DNA of 64,000 bases from Myxococcota bacterium (GTDB taxonomy: Bacteria > Myxococcota_A > SURF-8). The position numbers were made by a program, and so were the translations under genes. The notes below the pieces were generated by a model. It was not told where the DNA came from, made no database searches, and saw only the letters and a program-made list of their open reading frames with translations. Of the stretch, positions 9,626 through 19,240 are shown piece after piece. The DNA lies in contig OZ223209.1 of assembly GCA_965140415.1 (NCBI GenBank), positions 4,448,001 to 4,512,000 on the forward strand. The letters are read 5' to 3'. Positions within the stretch are counted from its first letter, which is position 1. Every line of letters starts with the position of its first letter.

Positions 9626-11476
9626 ATGAATAAGCGAATCAAAGCCTCTTTAATATCCATCTCTACCGATATCTTCCTGATCGCTACCAAGAGTACCTTG
9701 GCAGCCTTGTCGGGAAGCGCAGCTTTGCTGGCAGACGCCTACCACTCGCTATCGGATTTATTCGTGTCTTTAGCCGTTCTTTCCGGTTCGGCTTTCCGAA
9801 GCTGGATGGAAAAACGCGAGCTTCTGCAATCCACACAAGCGGAGTCTGCCGAGAACGAAAATAGTTTGGAATTACAAGAGGTTTCACCAGCGAAAGCAGA
9901 AGAAGACGAAGATTCACCACCCGCCAAACCCGGATACTGGGTCGAGGCGGGAATTACCTATATTATCTCCCTTATTATCCTGTATCTCCCTTATGAAATC
10001 ATTTCGGGTATTTCCAAGCAAAAGAAATACGATCTGGAATATACCTGGCTTGCGATTATCGGCGTTATTGCCTGTATCGTAATTACGTACTTCATTTCCC
10101 GCTACAAACTGCTCGCCGGTCGGGAGGTGGATTCGCCTGCCCTCGTTGCAGATGGCTACCACAGCCGAATGGACATGTTCACCTCCGTGGCCGTGTTGTT
10201 TTCCATGCTTGGCCAGATTATCGGAATCAAACTGGACCCACTGGTAGCAGTTGTAATCGCCGTCATGATCGGCATCGTCGGTCTGGAATTGTTCATTACT
10301 TCCGTTGTTGCGCTGGCCAGAAAATCGGGGCTGAAGCGGCTTTCTCTCTTTGCCTGGCTGTACGAACAAACCGAGCGAGTTTTTACATTCCTTGCCGGAT
10401 TGTTCGTCGGCAAACAACTGAAGCTTTCCGATTTACACCTGGCCGAGCGTCTCTCGCCTGAGCGCTGGTATAGTCACCGCCGCCTGGCTGTGCTTGTTGT
10501 CGTATTTGTCTCCGCATATTTTCTTAGCGGATTGACCATGATTCGACCGGAGGAAACCGGTGTAAAGCTGCGCTTCGGTCACATCGAAAACGATCATCTG
10601 CAACCCGGTCTGACTTACCGCCTTCCCTGGCCCTTTGAATCGATCAAGCGTATTCGAATGCAGGAAATCCGCCGGGTTGAATTCGGCTTCAGGACCGATG
10701 ATCGACTCAACACCAGCATTTCTCCGACTTTGTGGGAAACCAAACACGGAACGAGGGGCTACAAGAAAAAGAAAAAGGAATCCATCACCTTGACCGGAGA
10801 TGAAAACATCATCGATATCAGCCTGGTTCTACACTACCGACCAACCAACCCCATAGACACCCTTTTCCGGGTCAACCGGATGGACAACGTCCTTCGAGGT
10901 CTGCTGGAATCGTCTCTGAGAAAAACAATCTCAGTTCGAAAAGCGGACAGTTTACTGGTGGAAAATCGTCAGGAAGCCTTGAACGCCATTTTAGACGATG
11001 TCCGGGCGCATATCAAACAACTCGACCTTGGAGTGGAAGCGATGGCGCTCTACTGCCACGACTTGCATCCGCCGCTTGAAGTTGTCGGCGCGTTTCGAGA
11101 TGTCTTTTCCGCCCGAGAGGAAAAGATTCAGCTATTGAACAATGCTGAAACCCATCGCAATACCGCGCTTCCAGAGGCGCGCTCGAAAAGCTATCAGAGC
11201 CTTCACGAGGCGCAGGCCGATCGTATCGAACGACGCGAAAAGGCCATTGGGGATGCAAAGAACTTTGCACTCGTTTCGAAAGCATATCGCCGTCAACCGA
11301 AATTGACCGCTTACCGCATGTTTATAGAAATGGCTGAAATCGGAATGGCCGGAAAACGGAAAATCATTGCCGATCCCGAAGTCAACCGGGGCGGATACAG
11401 ACTATGGATGTTTGCACCTGAAAACGGCAATGCATTGAACGATCTGAAAGGATTGAAGAAAGGAGTAAACCGATGA
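9626..11476 (+). CDS. Cation diffusion facilitator membrane domain fused to HflK-like SPFH domain
   Basis: SGSAALLADAYHSLSD and ALVADGYHSRMD CDF motifs; C-terminal half has GVKLRFG...PGL.YRLPWP, LTGDENIID and HPPLEVVGAFRDVFSARE HflK motifs. Confidence 0.85.
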   Translation: MNKRIKASLISISTDIFLIATKSTLAALSGSAALLADAYHSLSDLFVSLAVLSGSAFRSWMEKRELLQSTQAESAENENSLELQEVSPAKAEEDEDSPPAKPGYWVEAGITYIISLIILYLPYEIISGISKQKKYDLEYTWLAIIGVIACIVITYFISRYKLLAGREVDSPALVADGYHSRMDMFTSVAVLFSMLGQIIGIKLDPLVAVVIAVMIGIVGLELFITSVVALARKSGLKRLSLFAWLYEQTERVFTFLAGLFVGKQLKLSDLHLAERLSPERWYSHRRLAVLVVVFVSAYFLSGLTMIRPEETGVKLRFGHIENDHLQPGLTYRLPWPFESIKRIRMQEIRRVEFGFRTDDRLNTSISPTLWETKHGTRGYKKKKKESITLTGDENIIDISLVLHYRPTNPIDTLFRVNRMDNVLRGLLESSLRKTISVRKADSLLVENRQEALNAILDDVRAHIKQLDLGVEAMALYCHDLHPPLEVVGAFRDVFSAREEKIQLLNNAETHRNTALPEARSKSYQSLHEAQADRIERREKAIGDAKNFALVSKAYRRQPKLTAYRMFIEMAEIGMAGKRKIIADPEVNRGGYRLWMFAPENGNALNDLKGLKKGVNR

Positions 11477-12357
11477 AGAAAATACTGGTTGCACTCGGAG
11501 CATTAACGATATTGGTTTACCTGTTGAGCTTTTCGTTCGTCGTGTTGGACGAAACGGAAATGGGAATCGTGACCACGTTCAACAAGCCCACTCAGATCAT
11601 TAAGGAAGCCGGGCTGATCGTGAAATGGCCGGACCCCATCCAATCGGTAATACGACTCGACCGACGACTGCAAGCCCTGGATTCCAATCTTGGAGAATAT
11701 CTCACCCGCGACAAAAAAAACCTGGTTGCAAGCAGCTTTATTCTCTGGCGCATCGACAATCCAGAACGCTTCATCCAAAGTGTCCGCAGTAAAAAGAACG
11801 CTGAAAAGCGCCTTGCCGATCTGGTTGGCTCCGAATTGGGAGTGGCGCTGGGAGAACATCCGCTACACGATTTCCTGACAACGGAAGAAAGCGGAAGCCA
11901 AATCACCGAAATCTCCACACATGTGTACAAACAAACGAAAAACGCGGCTTTGCAGGACTTTGGAGTCGAACTGGCAGATGTACAGATTCGACGACTGGGC
12001 TTTCCATCTCAGAACCTGCGCTCCGTTTACGACCGCATGAAAGCCGAGCGCGAACGAATCGCCAAAAAATACCGCGCAGAGGGCGAAGAAGAAGCCTCGA
12101 AAATCCGTTCCCAGACCGACAAGGAAGTTCGGGATCTGCTTGCCGAAGCCTATCGAGATGCACAGATCACCAAAGGCCAGGGAGAAGCGGAAGCCATTCG
12201 CATTTATGCCGAAGCTTTTTCGAGCGATCCGAAGTTCTACAAATTGACGCGCACGATGGAAGCGTACCGGAACATGCTCGATGATAAAACGACCTTGATT
12301 CTTTCCGCCGATTCACCGTTGTTCAAGTATCTCGAAACACCACCGGAGGGTCGCTAG
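11473..12357 (+). CDS. hflC: Protease modulator HflC (SPFH family)
   Basis: YLTRDKKNL, VYDRMKAERERIAKKYRAEGEE, GQGEAEA.RIYAEAF..DPKFY. Confidence 0.9.
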   Translation: MKKILVALGALTILVYLLSFSFVVLDETEMGIVTTFNKPTQIIKEAGLIVKWPDPIQSVIRLDRRLQALDSNLGEYLTRDKKNLVASSFILWRIDNPERFIQSVRSKKNAEKRLADLVGSELGVALGEHPLHDFLTTEESGSQITEISTHVYKQTKNAALQDFGVELADVQIRRLGFPSQNLRSVYDRMKAERERIAKKYRAEGEEEASKIRSQTDKEVRDLLAEAYRDAQITKGQGEAEAIRIYAEAFSSDPKFYKLTRTMEAYRNMLDDKTTLILSADSPLFKYLETPPEGR

Positions 12358-12359
12358 CC

Positions 12360-13292
12360 ATGCCGAACGATCCCATCATCGAACATACTTTCCGCAATGC
12401 GAAAAGAATCGTGTTGGCAGCCTGCCTGCTGGCCATAATCGTCTATTTCGCAACAGGAATCTATTCGGTAACTCCGACCCAGACCGGAGTCATCAAGCGA
12501 TTCGGGGTAATCGTCAACGACGACATCTCTCCGGGAATTCACTACCACTGGCCGTGGCCTATCGAACTTGTTGCACGCCCGAATACCAAGGAAATCCGAA
12601 GCATGAAGCTTGTTTTCGATCAGACGACCATCTCGAAAGAGCACGCCGGAGAAGGTGCATTGTTAACCGGTGATGAAAACCTGGTTTTGTTGACCTTGCT
12701 GACCCAGTACACCATCGATAATCCACGGCAATATCTGACCGTCTTTTCCAATCCCGATGAATTACTGAAACGCCTTATTCTGGCAGCCTGCGTTCGATAC
12801 ATGGCAGGCACTTCCGTCGATGATATTTTGACCACCGGTCGTAATAACCTTCAGAGAACGCTGAAGAGCGAAATCCAGAAAAGCTCTAACCGTTTCGGAC
12901 TGGGGCTGCGCATCGTCTCCATTCAGGTCAAAAATATCGAACCGCCTACTAGCGTCGCCCACGCCTTTAAAGACGTCGCTTCCGCACGGGAAGACATGCA
13001 CAAAATGCTGCAAAATGCGAACGGAGAAAAGAACCGCCGTCTCCCGGAAGCCCGCGCAGATGCCGAGAGTCTGCGCCAGCAGGCCGAGGCCTATGCAAAT
13101 GAAACCGTTCAGAAAGCGAAAGGCGACGCCGACCGCTTCCTTTCGACCTGGAAGGAATATCGCAAAGCAAAAAGTGTGACCGCTCAGCGAATTTATTTCG
13201 AAACAGTCGAATCCATCATGACCAAAGTCAAAAAGCAGATCATCAACCCTCGCGCCGAGCGCAGACTCGGTCAGGGAGGCATGTATCAATAG
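12360..13292 (+). CDS. hflK: Protease modulator HflK (SPFH family)
   Basis: GVIKRFG, PGIHYHWPWPIE, LLTGDENLV, AFKDVASARED, AKGDADRF. Confidence 0.9.
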   Translation: MPNDPIIEHTFRNAKRIVLAACLLAIIVYFATGIYSVTPTQTGVIKRFGVIVNDDISPGIHYHWPWPIELVARPNTKEIRSMKLVFDQTTISKEHAGEGALLTGDENLVLLTLLTQYTIDNPRQYLTVFSNPDELLKRLILAACVRYMAGTSVDDILTTGRNNLQRTLKSEIQKSSNRFGLGLRIVSIQVKNIEPPTSVAHAFKDVASAREDMHKMLQNANGEKNRRLPEARADAESLRQQAEAYANETVQKAKGDADRFLSTWKEYRKAKSVTAQRIYFETVESIMTKVKKQIINPRAERRLGQGGMYQ

Positions 13293-13295
13293 GAA

Positions 13296-13904
13296 ATGAC
13301 GATGTCCCCAATACAATGGCGCTTTCTCGTACTGTTATTTCTATGTCTCGTTACAATTCCAACATCTTCGGCCCGGGCGCATCCGCATATCTTTGTGGAC
13401 GCGCGTGTAACCCTTCTTTTCGACGAGCAGGGATTAGCCGGTTTCCGGCAGGAATGGACCTTTGACGAAATGTTCGGAGAGTTCATCCTGGAAGATTACG
13501 ATGCCAATAAAAACAAGCGCTTCGAAGATAAAGAAGTTTTAAAGATCAAAGCGGAAGCCTTTGACAACCTTAAAGAAAGCGACTATTTCCACATCGTTCA
13601 ACTCAACGGCAAACCCTTTGCTGTAAAATATGCGACGGACTTTTCCGTGCAGTTTAAAAATGAGCGTGTGGTGTACACCTTCACGGTTCCCTGCCACATG
13701 AAAGTGGCAGCGAAATCCACTTTAGACATTTCCCTGTCCCTTTCCGATAAAACGATTTACACCGATCTCGTTTTTACGAAAGACAGCCCGAAATCCGATG
13801 GAAAATCAAGTCTGTTCAACACTCAACACAAACTGGATGATGGCGTGCAGCCAAGCGGTCAAGTTCTGGCCCAAACCCTGCATATCAAGGTGACACGCAA
13901 ATGA
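13296..13904 (+). CDS. DUF1007 family periplasmic protein
   Basis: Signal peptide followed by AHPHIFVD and WTFDEMF. Confidence 0.85.
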   Translation: MTMSPIQWRFLVLLFLCLVTIPTSSARAHPHIFVDARVTLLFDEQGLAGFRQEWTFDEMFGEFILEDYDANKNKRFEDKEVLKIKAEAFDNLKESDYFHIVQLNGKPFAVKYATDFSVQFKNERVVYTFTVPCHMKVAAKSTLDISLSLSDKTIYTDLVFTKDSPKSDGKSSLFNTQHKLDDGVQPSGQVLAQTLHIKVTRK

Positions 13905-14836
13905 AAACCTGTGCCGTCATTGCGATCCTGCTCCTGTTTTCAATGCTCTTTGCCATGGAAGTAGAAGCAGGAAACCCGTTCCTCTCCAAGAAGAAAACGG
14001 AACAAGTTACTCCGCAACACGAAACAGAACCCACAGAAACTCTCGTCACGAGCAAAATGCCGGAGTGCTTTGCCCCGATCCTGCGAACAGTCAACGACTG
14101 GCAGAAAGAGTTGAAGCAACAATTGAGCACGTTTGCACGCGATATGAAGACCAATCCTTTCGGCAAATCCTTCCTTCTTTTTCTGCTGCTTTCTTTTGTT
14201 TATGGAAGCGTTCACGCAATTGGTCCCGGGCATGGCAAATCGGTGGTAGTCAGTTATTTTCTGAATCGGCCAGGAAAACTCTGGCAGGGAATCGCGATGG
14301 GGCATCTTATTACCGCCGTTCACGTCGCCTCCGGAGCGCTTGTTGTGCTGGTAATGGCATTGATTTTAGATACGACCCGATTGACGGATTTCGAAGAGGC
14401 AAGCCCGAACCTGGAGGCCATAAGCTACATCCTGGTGATTCTGATCGGGTTGTATCTGATCGTTCATACAATATTGGACCTGAAAAGGCGCAGTTGGGAA
14501 AACACGGAGGAATCAACATCCGGCAATCTGCGAGGCATATTGCTCACCGCCATTGCTACCGGGCTGGTTCCCTGCCCCGGTGCAGCACTGATTCTACTTT
14601 TCTCTGTAATTCTCGGCGTATTCGCTCAGGGACTGGTCGCGATGCTGTTCATTGCATTGGGAATGGGGCTAACCACCAGCCTCTTCGCAATAATCGCTAT
14701 TACCTCGCGCCGAACGGTACTAAACGTTGCACGACGTAACGAAAAAGTTTTTATCGGTGCATACTCGATCTTGTCCTTCGGCGGAGCATTTACGATTATC
14801 TTGCTGGGTTCGGTAATGCTTGCAGGCCTGCTGTAG
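13901..14836 (+). CDS. NiCoT/RcnA-type nickel/cobalt transporter
   Basis: YGSVHAIGPGHGKS and GLVPCPGA motifs, multiple TM segments. Confidence 0.85.
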   Translation: MKTCAVIAILLLFSMLFAMEVEAGNPFLSKKKTEQVTPQHETEPTETLVTSKMPECFAPILRTVNDWQKELKQQLSTFARDMKTNPFGKSFLLFLLLSFVYGSVHAIGPGHGKSVVVSYFLNRPGKLWQGIAMGHLITAVHVASGALVVLVMALILDTTRLTDFEEASPNLEAISYILVILIGLYLIVHTILDLKRRSWENTEESTSGNLRGILLTAIATGLVPCPGAALILLFSVILGVFAQGLVAMLFIALGMGLTTSLFAIIAITSRRTVLNVARRNEKVFIGAYSILSFGGAFTIILLGSVMLAGLL

Positions 14837-14886
14837 AAGATAACCTACACTTTTAAAGCGACGATCATGGAACGGAAAGAATGGAA

Positions 14887-15615
14887 TCAGCCGATGGGCT
14901 CGCCCAGGGTTTGAATTACCATCTCGATATATTCGGCAATGGCTTTGGCATTTTCGCTGTTTTCCTCGAATTGCAAACCAACCAGAATCCGTTTGGTGTT
15001 CATATCCACCCGCTTCACGACGCACTCCAGGTTGTCAATCGCTTTACCGTTGGGAAGAGTGAAGGAAAGTCGGATCGATTCTTCTATTCTGGGTGGGTCC
15101 ACCATCTGAACCAGCGCACCGCTGGAACTCAAATTCAAGATGGTATTGCCACTATCCTGTGAATCGTTAAGCCGAAAAGGAATGACCATTTGAATTCGTG
15201 GTGAACGACGTAGGGATATTTCTTCGATACGACTGGGATATTTCAGGAAAGTCAGGTTCAACGGCGAGCCGATGGTTCGGAAAATTGTTGTCTGAAACCC
15301 GAAAACACTGCCCTCGCACATGTAGCGGACGGCCATCTGGTTCTGCCCACCATAATTGACCAGCATCCCGTTAATGCGGGGAGTCATCAGAATCAGGTAT
15401 TCACCACGCAAATATCCCAATAGCTTGGTTTTCCACTTGTCCTTGTCCGACCGACCCAGCGGTTGCATAAACATATCCATACCGACCTGAAACGAAGTCA
15501 GAAAGGAAGTGTCATGCTGTTCGTGTAAGCGTTTAGGAGCTTTGGCGGCTTCGTAGAATCGCCCAAGGGAATCCTGATTATTGTGGCTCATCGTCTGTAC
15601 TTCCCCAGTTTTCAC
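14887..15615 (-). CDS. YcgR-like PilZ-domain c-di-GMP receptor
   Basis: RRSPR (RxxxR) and NLSSSG (D/NxSxxG) motifs with an N-terminal PilZN-like region; start uncertain. Confidence 0.85.
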   Translation of the reverse strand: MKTGEVQTMSHNNQDSLGRFYEAAKAPKRLHEQHDTSFLTSFQVGMDMFMQPLGRSDKDKWKTKLLGYLRGEYLILMTPRINGMLVNYGGQNQMAVRYMCEGSVFGFQTTIFRTIGSPLNLTFLKYPSRIEEISLRRSPRIQMVIPFRLNDSQDSGNTILNLSSSGALVQMVDPPRIEESIRLSFTLPNGKAIDNLECVVKRVDMNTKRILVGLQFEENSENAKAIAEYIEMVIQTLGEPIG

Positions 15616-15804
15616 CCGCCGATTGGATTTGCCTAAAACCTCTCGGCGGAATTCTACATCGAGTAAAATTATAAAAGGATATTACCTTAAACGCAAGTTA
15701 TTGAACGGTTATATTGACGAATGAGAATGAGCCATTCGGAAAAAACAGCAGCTTATCTGTAACAATTACAATTTGAGAGAGCAACTAACCGACTTTTAAC
15801 AGAG

Positions 15805-16318
15805 CAACCTCCCCTTTTCGTGTAGACTGCAACCACCTAACACGCATGGTTCTTTATTATCTTTTCCCTGCCGGTCATCCCTATGGATGGCCGGTTCTCT
15901 TTTCCTAAGATCGAATAACCCAACAAAATATTTCCTAAACAGGAATAATTCCGGCAGTAGCACAGTTATATCTTACAACGTGGCAACAAACATTCCATCC
16001 CCCTTGGCCGGTCATCCCTCTGGATGGCCGGTCCCTCCTTTATGTAAAAATCAATAGAGGAAAAAAAGTGTACGTGCGGGAATAGTTCCGGCTGCAACAC
16101 GGTTATATCTAACAACGTGGCAACAAACATTCCATCCCCCTTGGCCGGTCATCCCTCTGGATGGCCGGTCCCTCCTTTATGTAAAAATCAATAGAGGAAA
16201 AAAAGTGTACGTGCGGGAATAGTTCCGGCTGCAACGCGGTTTTATCTAACAACGTGGCAACAAACATTCCATCCCCCTTGGCCGGTCATCCCTCTGGATG
16301 GCCGGTCCCTCCTTTATG
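15805..16318 (+). repeat. 137-bp-period tandem repeat: three near-identical units plus one diverged upstream unit sharing only the hairpin
   Basis: GGAAT at 15942, 16079, 16216; hairpin CCGGTCATCC-CT(A/C)T-GGATGGCCGG starting at 15871, 16008, 16145, 16282. Confidence 0.95.
15975..16318 (+). ncRNA. Candidate array of three ~70-nt small RNAs, each with its own promoter and terminator-like hairpin
   Basis: Each unit is GGAAT-N18-GTT, then an invariant ACAACGTGGCAACAAACATTCCATCCCCCTT, then a GC-rich stem-loop and CCCTCCTTTAT. Confidence 0.5.
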
Positions 16319-16398
16319 GGTACTTGAAAACGCACAAAACGATTGAAGCATTTTCGTTTCTGCCTTACCATAAGCTTCCATACAGAAGGGAGGCTTTC

Positions 16399-16689
16399 GT
16401 GCTTTTCCAGGTACAAGTCATTCAAGCGGGACAGGAAATTTACTCCATGACATTGGATAACCCCGATGCAGCATCCCGCACGGCTCTTTACTTTACTGTC
16501 AAATACGACGGCCGCGCGGATTGCATCCTGTCCTCCAATAAAGATGGACTGCAACAGTGTTGGTATTTTGATAACGAATCTGAAGACTGGCTGGAGGCAG
16601 ACAGCGAACAACTGGCCGCACTTGCCGCCGAAAAAGACCCTATCGCAGCGACTCGGACCTTCTTCAACAACATCGGCAAAGTATTATAG
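16399..16689 (+). CDS. Hypothetical protein
   Basis: GTG start 5 nt after AGGGAGG; TTGAAG-N17-TACCAT upstream. Confidence 0.6.
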   Translation: MLFQVQVIQAGQEIYSMTLDNPDAASRTALYFTVKYDGRADCILSSNKDGLQQCWYFDNESEDWLEADSEQLAALAAEKDPIAATRTFFNNIGKVL

Positions 16690-17130
16690 GTGAAGAATCA
16701 ACGTGGCTTTTCGATGCTTCAAGCGCACCGTATGGATTCCGGCATCCAAGAACAAACCTCGAATCTTTTGATCCGTATTTAACAGCTTTCTGGATTCGTA
16801 GGCTTCCGCTTTGCTCTGTTTGGCAGACAATTCACTGAAATCGGCCAGCAATGCATCGGGACCGGTAATCGTACAGGTGATATCGACCCCTCTCTGCTGC
16901 ATTCCTGCAACGAACAAGGTGCATACATCCAACTGAGGTTGCGTCGGCTCGTAATTCTCAGCAGAAGCGGAGCCTTTTTCTTCCTGGGCGGAATCGGAGC
17001 AGCCTGCAATCGCAAGCATCATCATGCCGGCACAGAGCAAGATCGCTAACGCCAGCTTAAACACCGGCATTTGAGCATGACTGCCCGACCTTCGAGTTTT
17101 TATCTTCTTGATAACCATGACTTCTTTCAA
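16684..17130 (-). CDS. Hypothetical lipoprotein
   Basis: Hydrophobic signal ending IAGC; start uncertain. Confidence 0.6.
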   Translation of the reverse strand: MKEVMVIKKIKTRRSGSHAQMPVFKLALAILLCAGMMMLAIAGCSDSAQEEKGSASAENYEPTQPQLDVCTLFVAGMQQRGVDITCTITGPDALLADFSELSAKQSKAEAYESRKLLNTDQKIRGLFLDAGIHTVRLKHRKATLILHL

Positions 17131-17140
17131 TGATGTGGGA

Positions 17141-18103
17141 TCAGGTTTCGGAAGTATCTTCCATATTTTCCGGCAAGACTTTTAACGGCAATACCCGATG
17201 GTGGTTCTCAAACACGCAGGGCAACATGCCGGGCTGTTCGCCATCCATATCGATATATACATCCTGATCCGACTCGGCCACGATGCGCTTGCCTCGAATC
17301 ACGCGGAACTTGGGTAATTGCAGGTGAGTCCCTTTGTAGATGTGGCTACTGCTGGCAATGATTTCGCGCTTGTTCAGATCTCCCATAATGACGACATCGA
17401 ACAGGCCATCGTCGATTTCCGCCTGCGGCGCGATCATCATGCCACCGCCATAGAAGCGACCATTCGCCACCGACACCACGTTGATGGTCAGTTCTTCGTC
17501 GAAATGATCGTCGATCTTCAAACGCACACGTTGATTTTTATATCGCAGCAGAGCCCGTAAAGTAGCCAGCAAGAAACTCATTTTGCCACCCAGCGCCTTG
17601 CTGCTGGTATTGCAAATGTGATCCACCAATCCGCTCATGCCGAAACTGGTGATATTGGCAAAATACGAGCCGGTATCCTTTCCGTCGTGATCGCGATAGC
17701 TGAAGCGCCCCACATCGATAGGACGGATATGCTCGCCTGCAATGCGTTCGATGGCGCTTTCAAGCGTTAGATCCCAACCGAAGGTCTTTCGGAAATCGCC
17801 GCCTGTACCGCGACTGATGTTGCAGAAGGCACAGTCCGGGTTGATCTGGCGTTCGCCATCGAAAAAACCGTTAACGACTTCGTTATTGGTACCGTCGCCG
17901 CCGACGGAGACAATCTGCTCGTAGCCCTTTGCCACCGCCTCACGTGTCAATTCGGTTGCCTGCCTGGGATACTCGGTAAAGGCAGAATCGAAAGCACCGA
18001 TACGCCTGCGAATGCGTTCCTCCATCAGCGGCCATGCGCGCGCTGTGGAACCATTGGCGGAATTGGGATTGACGACGATAAAGGTTTTTCGTTGACTGGT
18101 CAT
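17141..18103 (-). CDS. Diacylglycerol kinase family lipid kinase (YegS/DagK-like)
   Basis: VVNPNSA, GGDGT, GTGGDF, NGRFYGGG, DGE motifs. Confidence 0.9.
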   Translation of the reverse strand: MTSQRKTFIVVNPNSANGSTARAWPLMEERIRRRIGAFDSAFTEYPRQATELTREAVAKGYEQIVSVGGDGTNNEVVNGFFDGERQINPDCAFCNISRGTGGDFRKTFGWDLTLESAIERIAGEHIRPIDVGRFSYRDHDGKDTGSYFANITSFGMSGLVDHICNTSSKALGGKMSFLLATLRALLRYKNQRVRLKIDDHFDEELTINVVSVANGRFYGGGMMIAPQAEIDDGLFDVVIMGDLNKREIIASSSHIYKGTHLQLPKFRVIRGKRIVAESDQDVYIDMDGEQPGMLPCVFENHHRVLPLKVLPENMEDTSET

Positions 18104-18121
18104 AGCCCCATTTCAATCTGT

Positions 18122-19240
18122 TCAGGTTAAACAGGCATCCAATACTTCGGCCAGTGTCTTGACCGAGGGATCATCCGCTTGGCGCACCTTTGATAGCGCC
18201 AGCGCTTCTTTGGGAGAATCGGTAACGATCAGTTCTGCGCGCACCTCAACAGCCTGGCGCAAACACTCGCGACTGATGGCGTCCGCCGCTTCCGGGAACA
18301 TCCATTCATAAACATCCAACGTCCCGCTGGGATAGCTGCTCTTCCCTTCCCACACCAAAGAAACCGGTTGATGCTTACTCACATTGTTCAATATCGCTTG
18401 CACCCGACTTTCCTCGCCAAGATAACGTGTAAGATACGCCGAGGAATGATAGGCTGGGATATCTTCTAGCTTGTTCGCTATTTCCATGCCGCTCAGATAG
18501 GAATCCAGGCATTGGCTGATGTGCATCACGCGATCCGAGAAATTGTAGCCCAACTCCAGATACAATGCCTTCAGCGTATAAACCGCTTCGGGGCTGCTGC
18601 ACACAATTAACTTGTAGTTCATCAATCGTTCGGCTACCTGTTTGGCCAATTCTTTGAATTCGCGATGAAATCCGGCGCGGTACAGCGGCAGCCCTGCACA
18701 GAAACCGGGACCGGTATAACAGGATATATAGTCGATACCCAGTTTCTCGAACAGGGAGAACGTCGCCCGGATTTCGTTTGGCAGTGCGGATAAGCTTTCC
18801 CAGTCCGGCCAATAAACCGCCTGGGCATCGTCAACGAAATACCGTTCCGGAACCAGCGTTTTCAGCGTTCCCGCCAAATCCGTTCCGTTCGGATTTTCCA
18901 TACCAACCATGGCTTCGCGCAGTTGTTGCAAACGCGGATGCACCACTCCCTTTTCGATCAGCAACGCTCGCGCATCCGTAAGCACTTCGCCCACTTCGAT
19001 TTCATGCTTGCAGTACGTCGTACACAAACGGCAGGCCAGACAGTGATACAACGGCTCCACCGTGTCATGTTCCAAGGGAACCAAGCCTTTGCGCAGCAGA
19101 TTGGCCAGCGTCATTTTAGCCCAGGGCGTTACCGCCTCGCGCTTTTCGGCATTGGATACCGGGCAGGCGAAAGTGCACAGTTTAGGGCAGTAGGTGCAGT
19201 AATCCAGCGCCTGTTTGTGCCGTTCAAGTCGCGTGATCAT
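18122..19240 (-). CDS. Fe-S binding oxidoreductase subunit (GlpC/GlcF-like, degenerate CCG domains)
   Basis: CTYCPKLC..ACP and CLACRLC..YC ferredoxin motifs. Confidence 0.8.
   Translation of the reverse strand: MITRLERHKQALDYCTYCPKLCTFACPVSNAEKREAVTPWAKMTLANLLRKGLVPLEHDTVEPLYHCLACRLCTTYCKHEIEVGEVLTDARALLIEKGVVHPRLQQLREAMVGMENPNGTDLAGTLKTLVPERYFVDDAQAVYWPDWESLSALPNEIRATFSLFEKLGIDYISCYTGPGFCAGLPLYRAGFHREFKELAKQVAERLMNYKLIVCSSPEAVYTLKALYLELGYNFSDRVMHISQCLDSYLSGMEIANKLEDIPAYHSSAYLTRYLGEESRVQAILNNVSKHQPVSLVWEGKSSYPSGTLDVYEWMFPEAADAISRECLRQAVEVRAELIVTDSPKEALALSKVRQADDPSVKTLAEVLDACLT

Noticed and set aside
15701-15712. 12-mer TTGAACGGTTAT shared with 62161-62172
   Set aside because: Many chance 12-mer matches are expected in 64 kb and there is no supporting context
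15805-16318. CRISPR array interpretation of the tandem hairpin repeats
   Set aside because: Sequences between hairpins are ~110 bp and near-identical rather than unique spacers; no cas genes in the window
15942-16318. Coding tandem repeat
   Set aside because: Period of 137 bp is not a multiple of three and only very short or frame-shifting ORFs cross it
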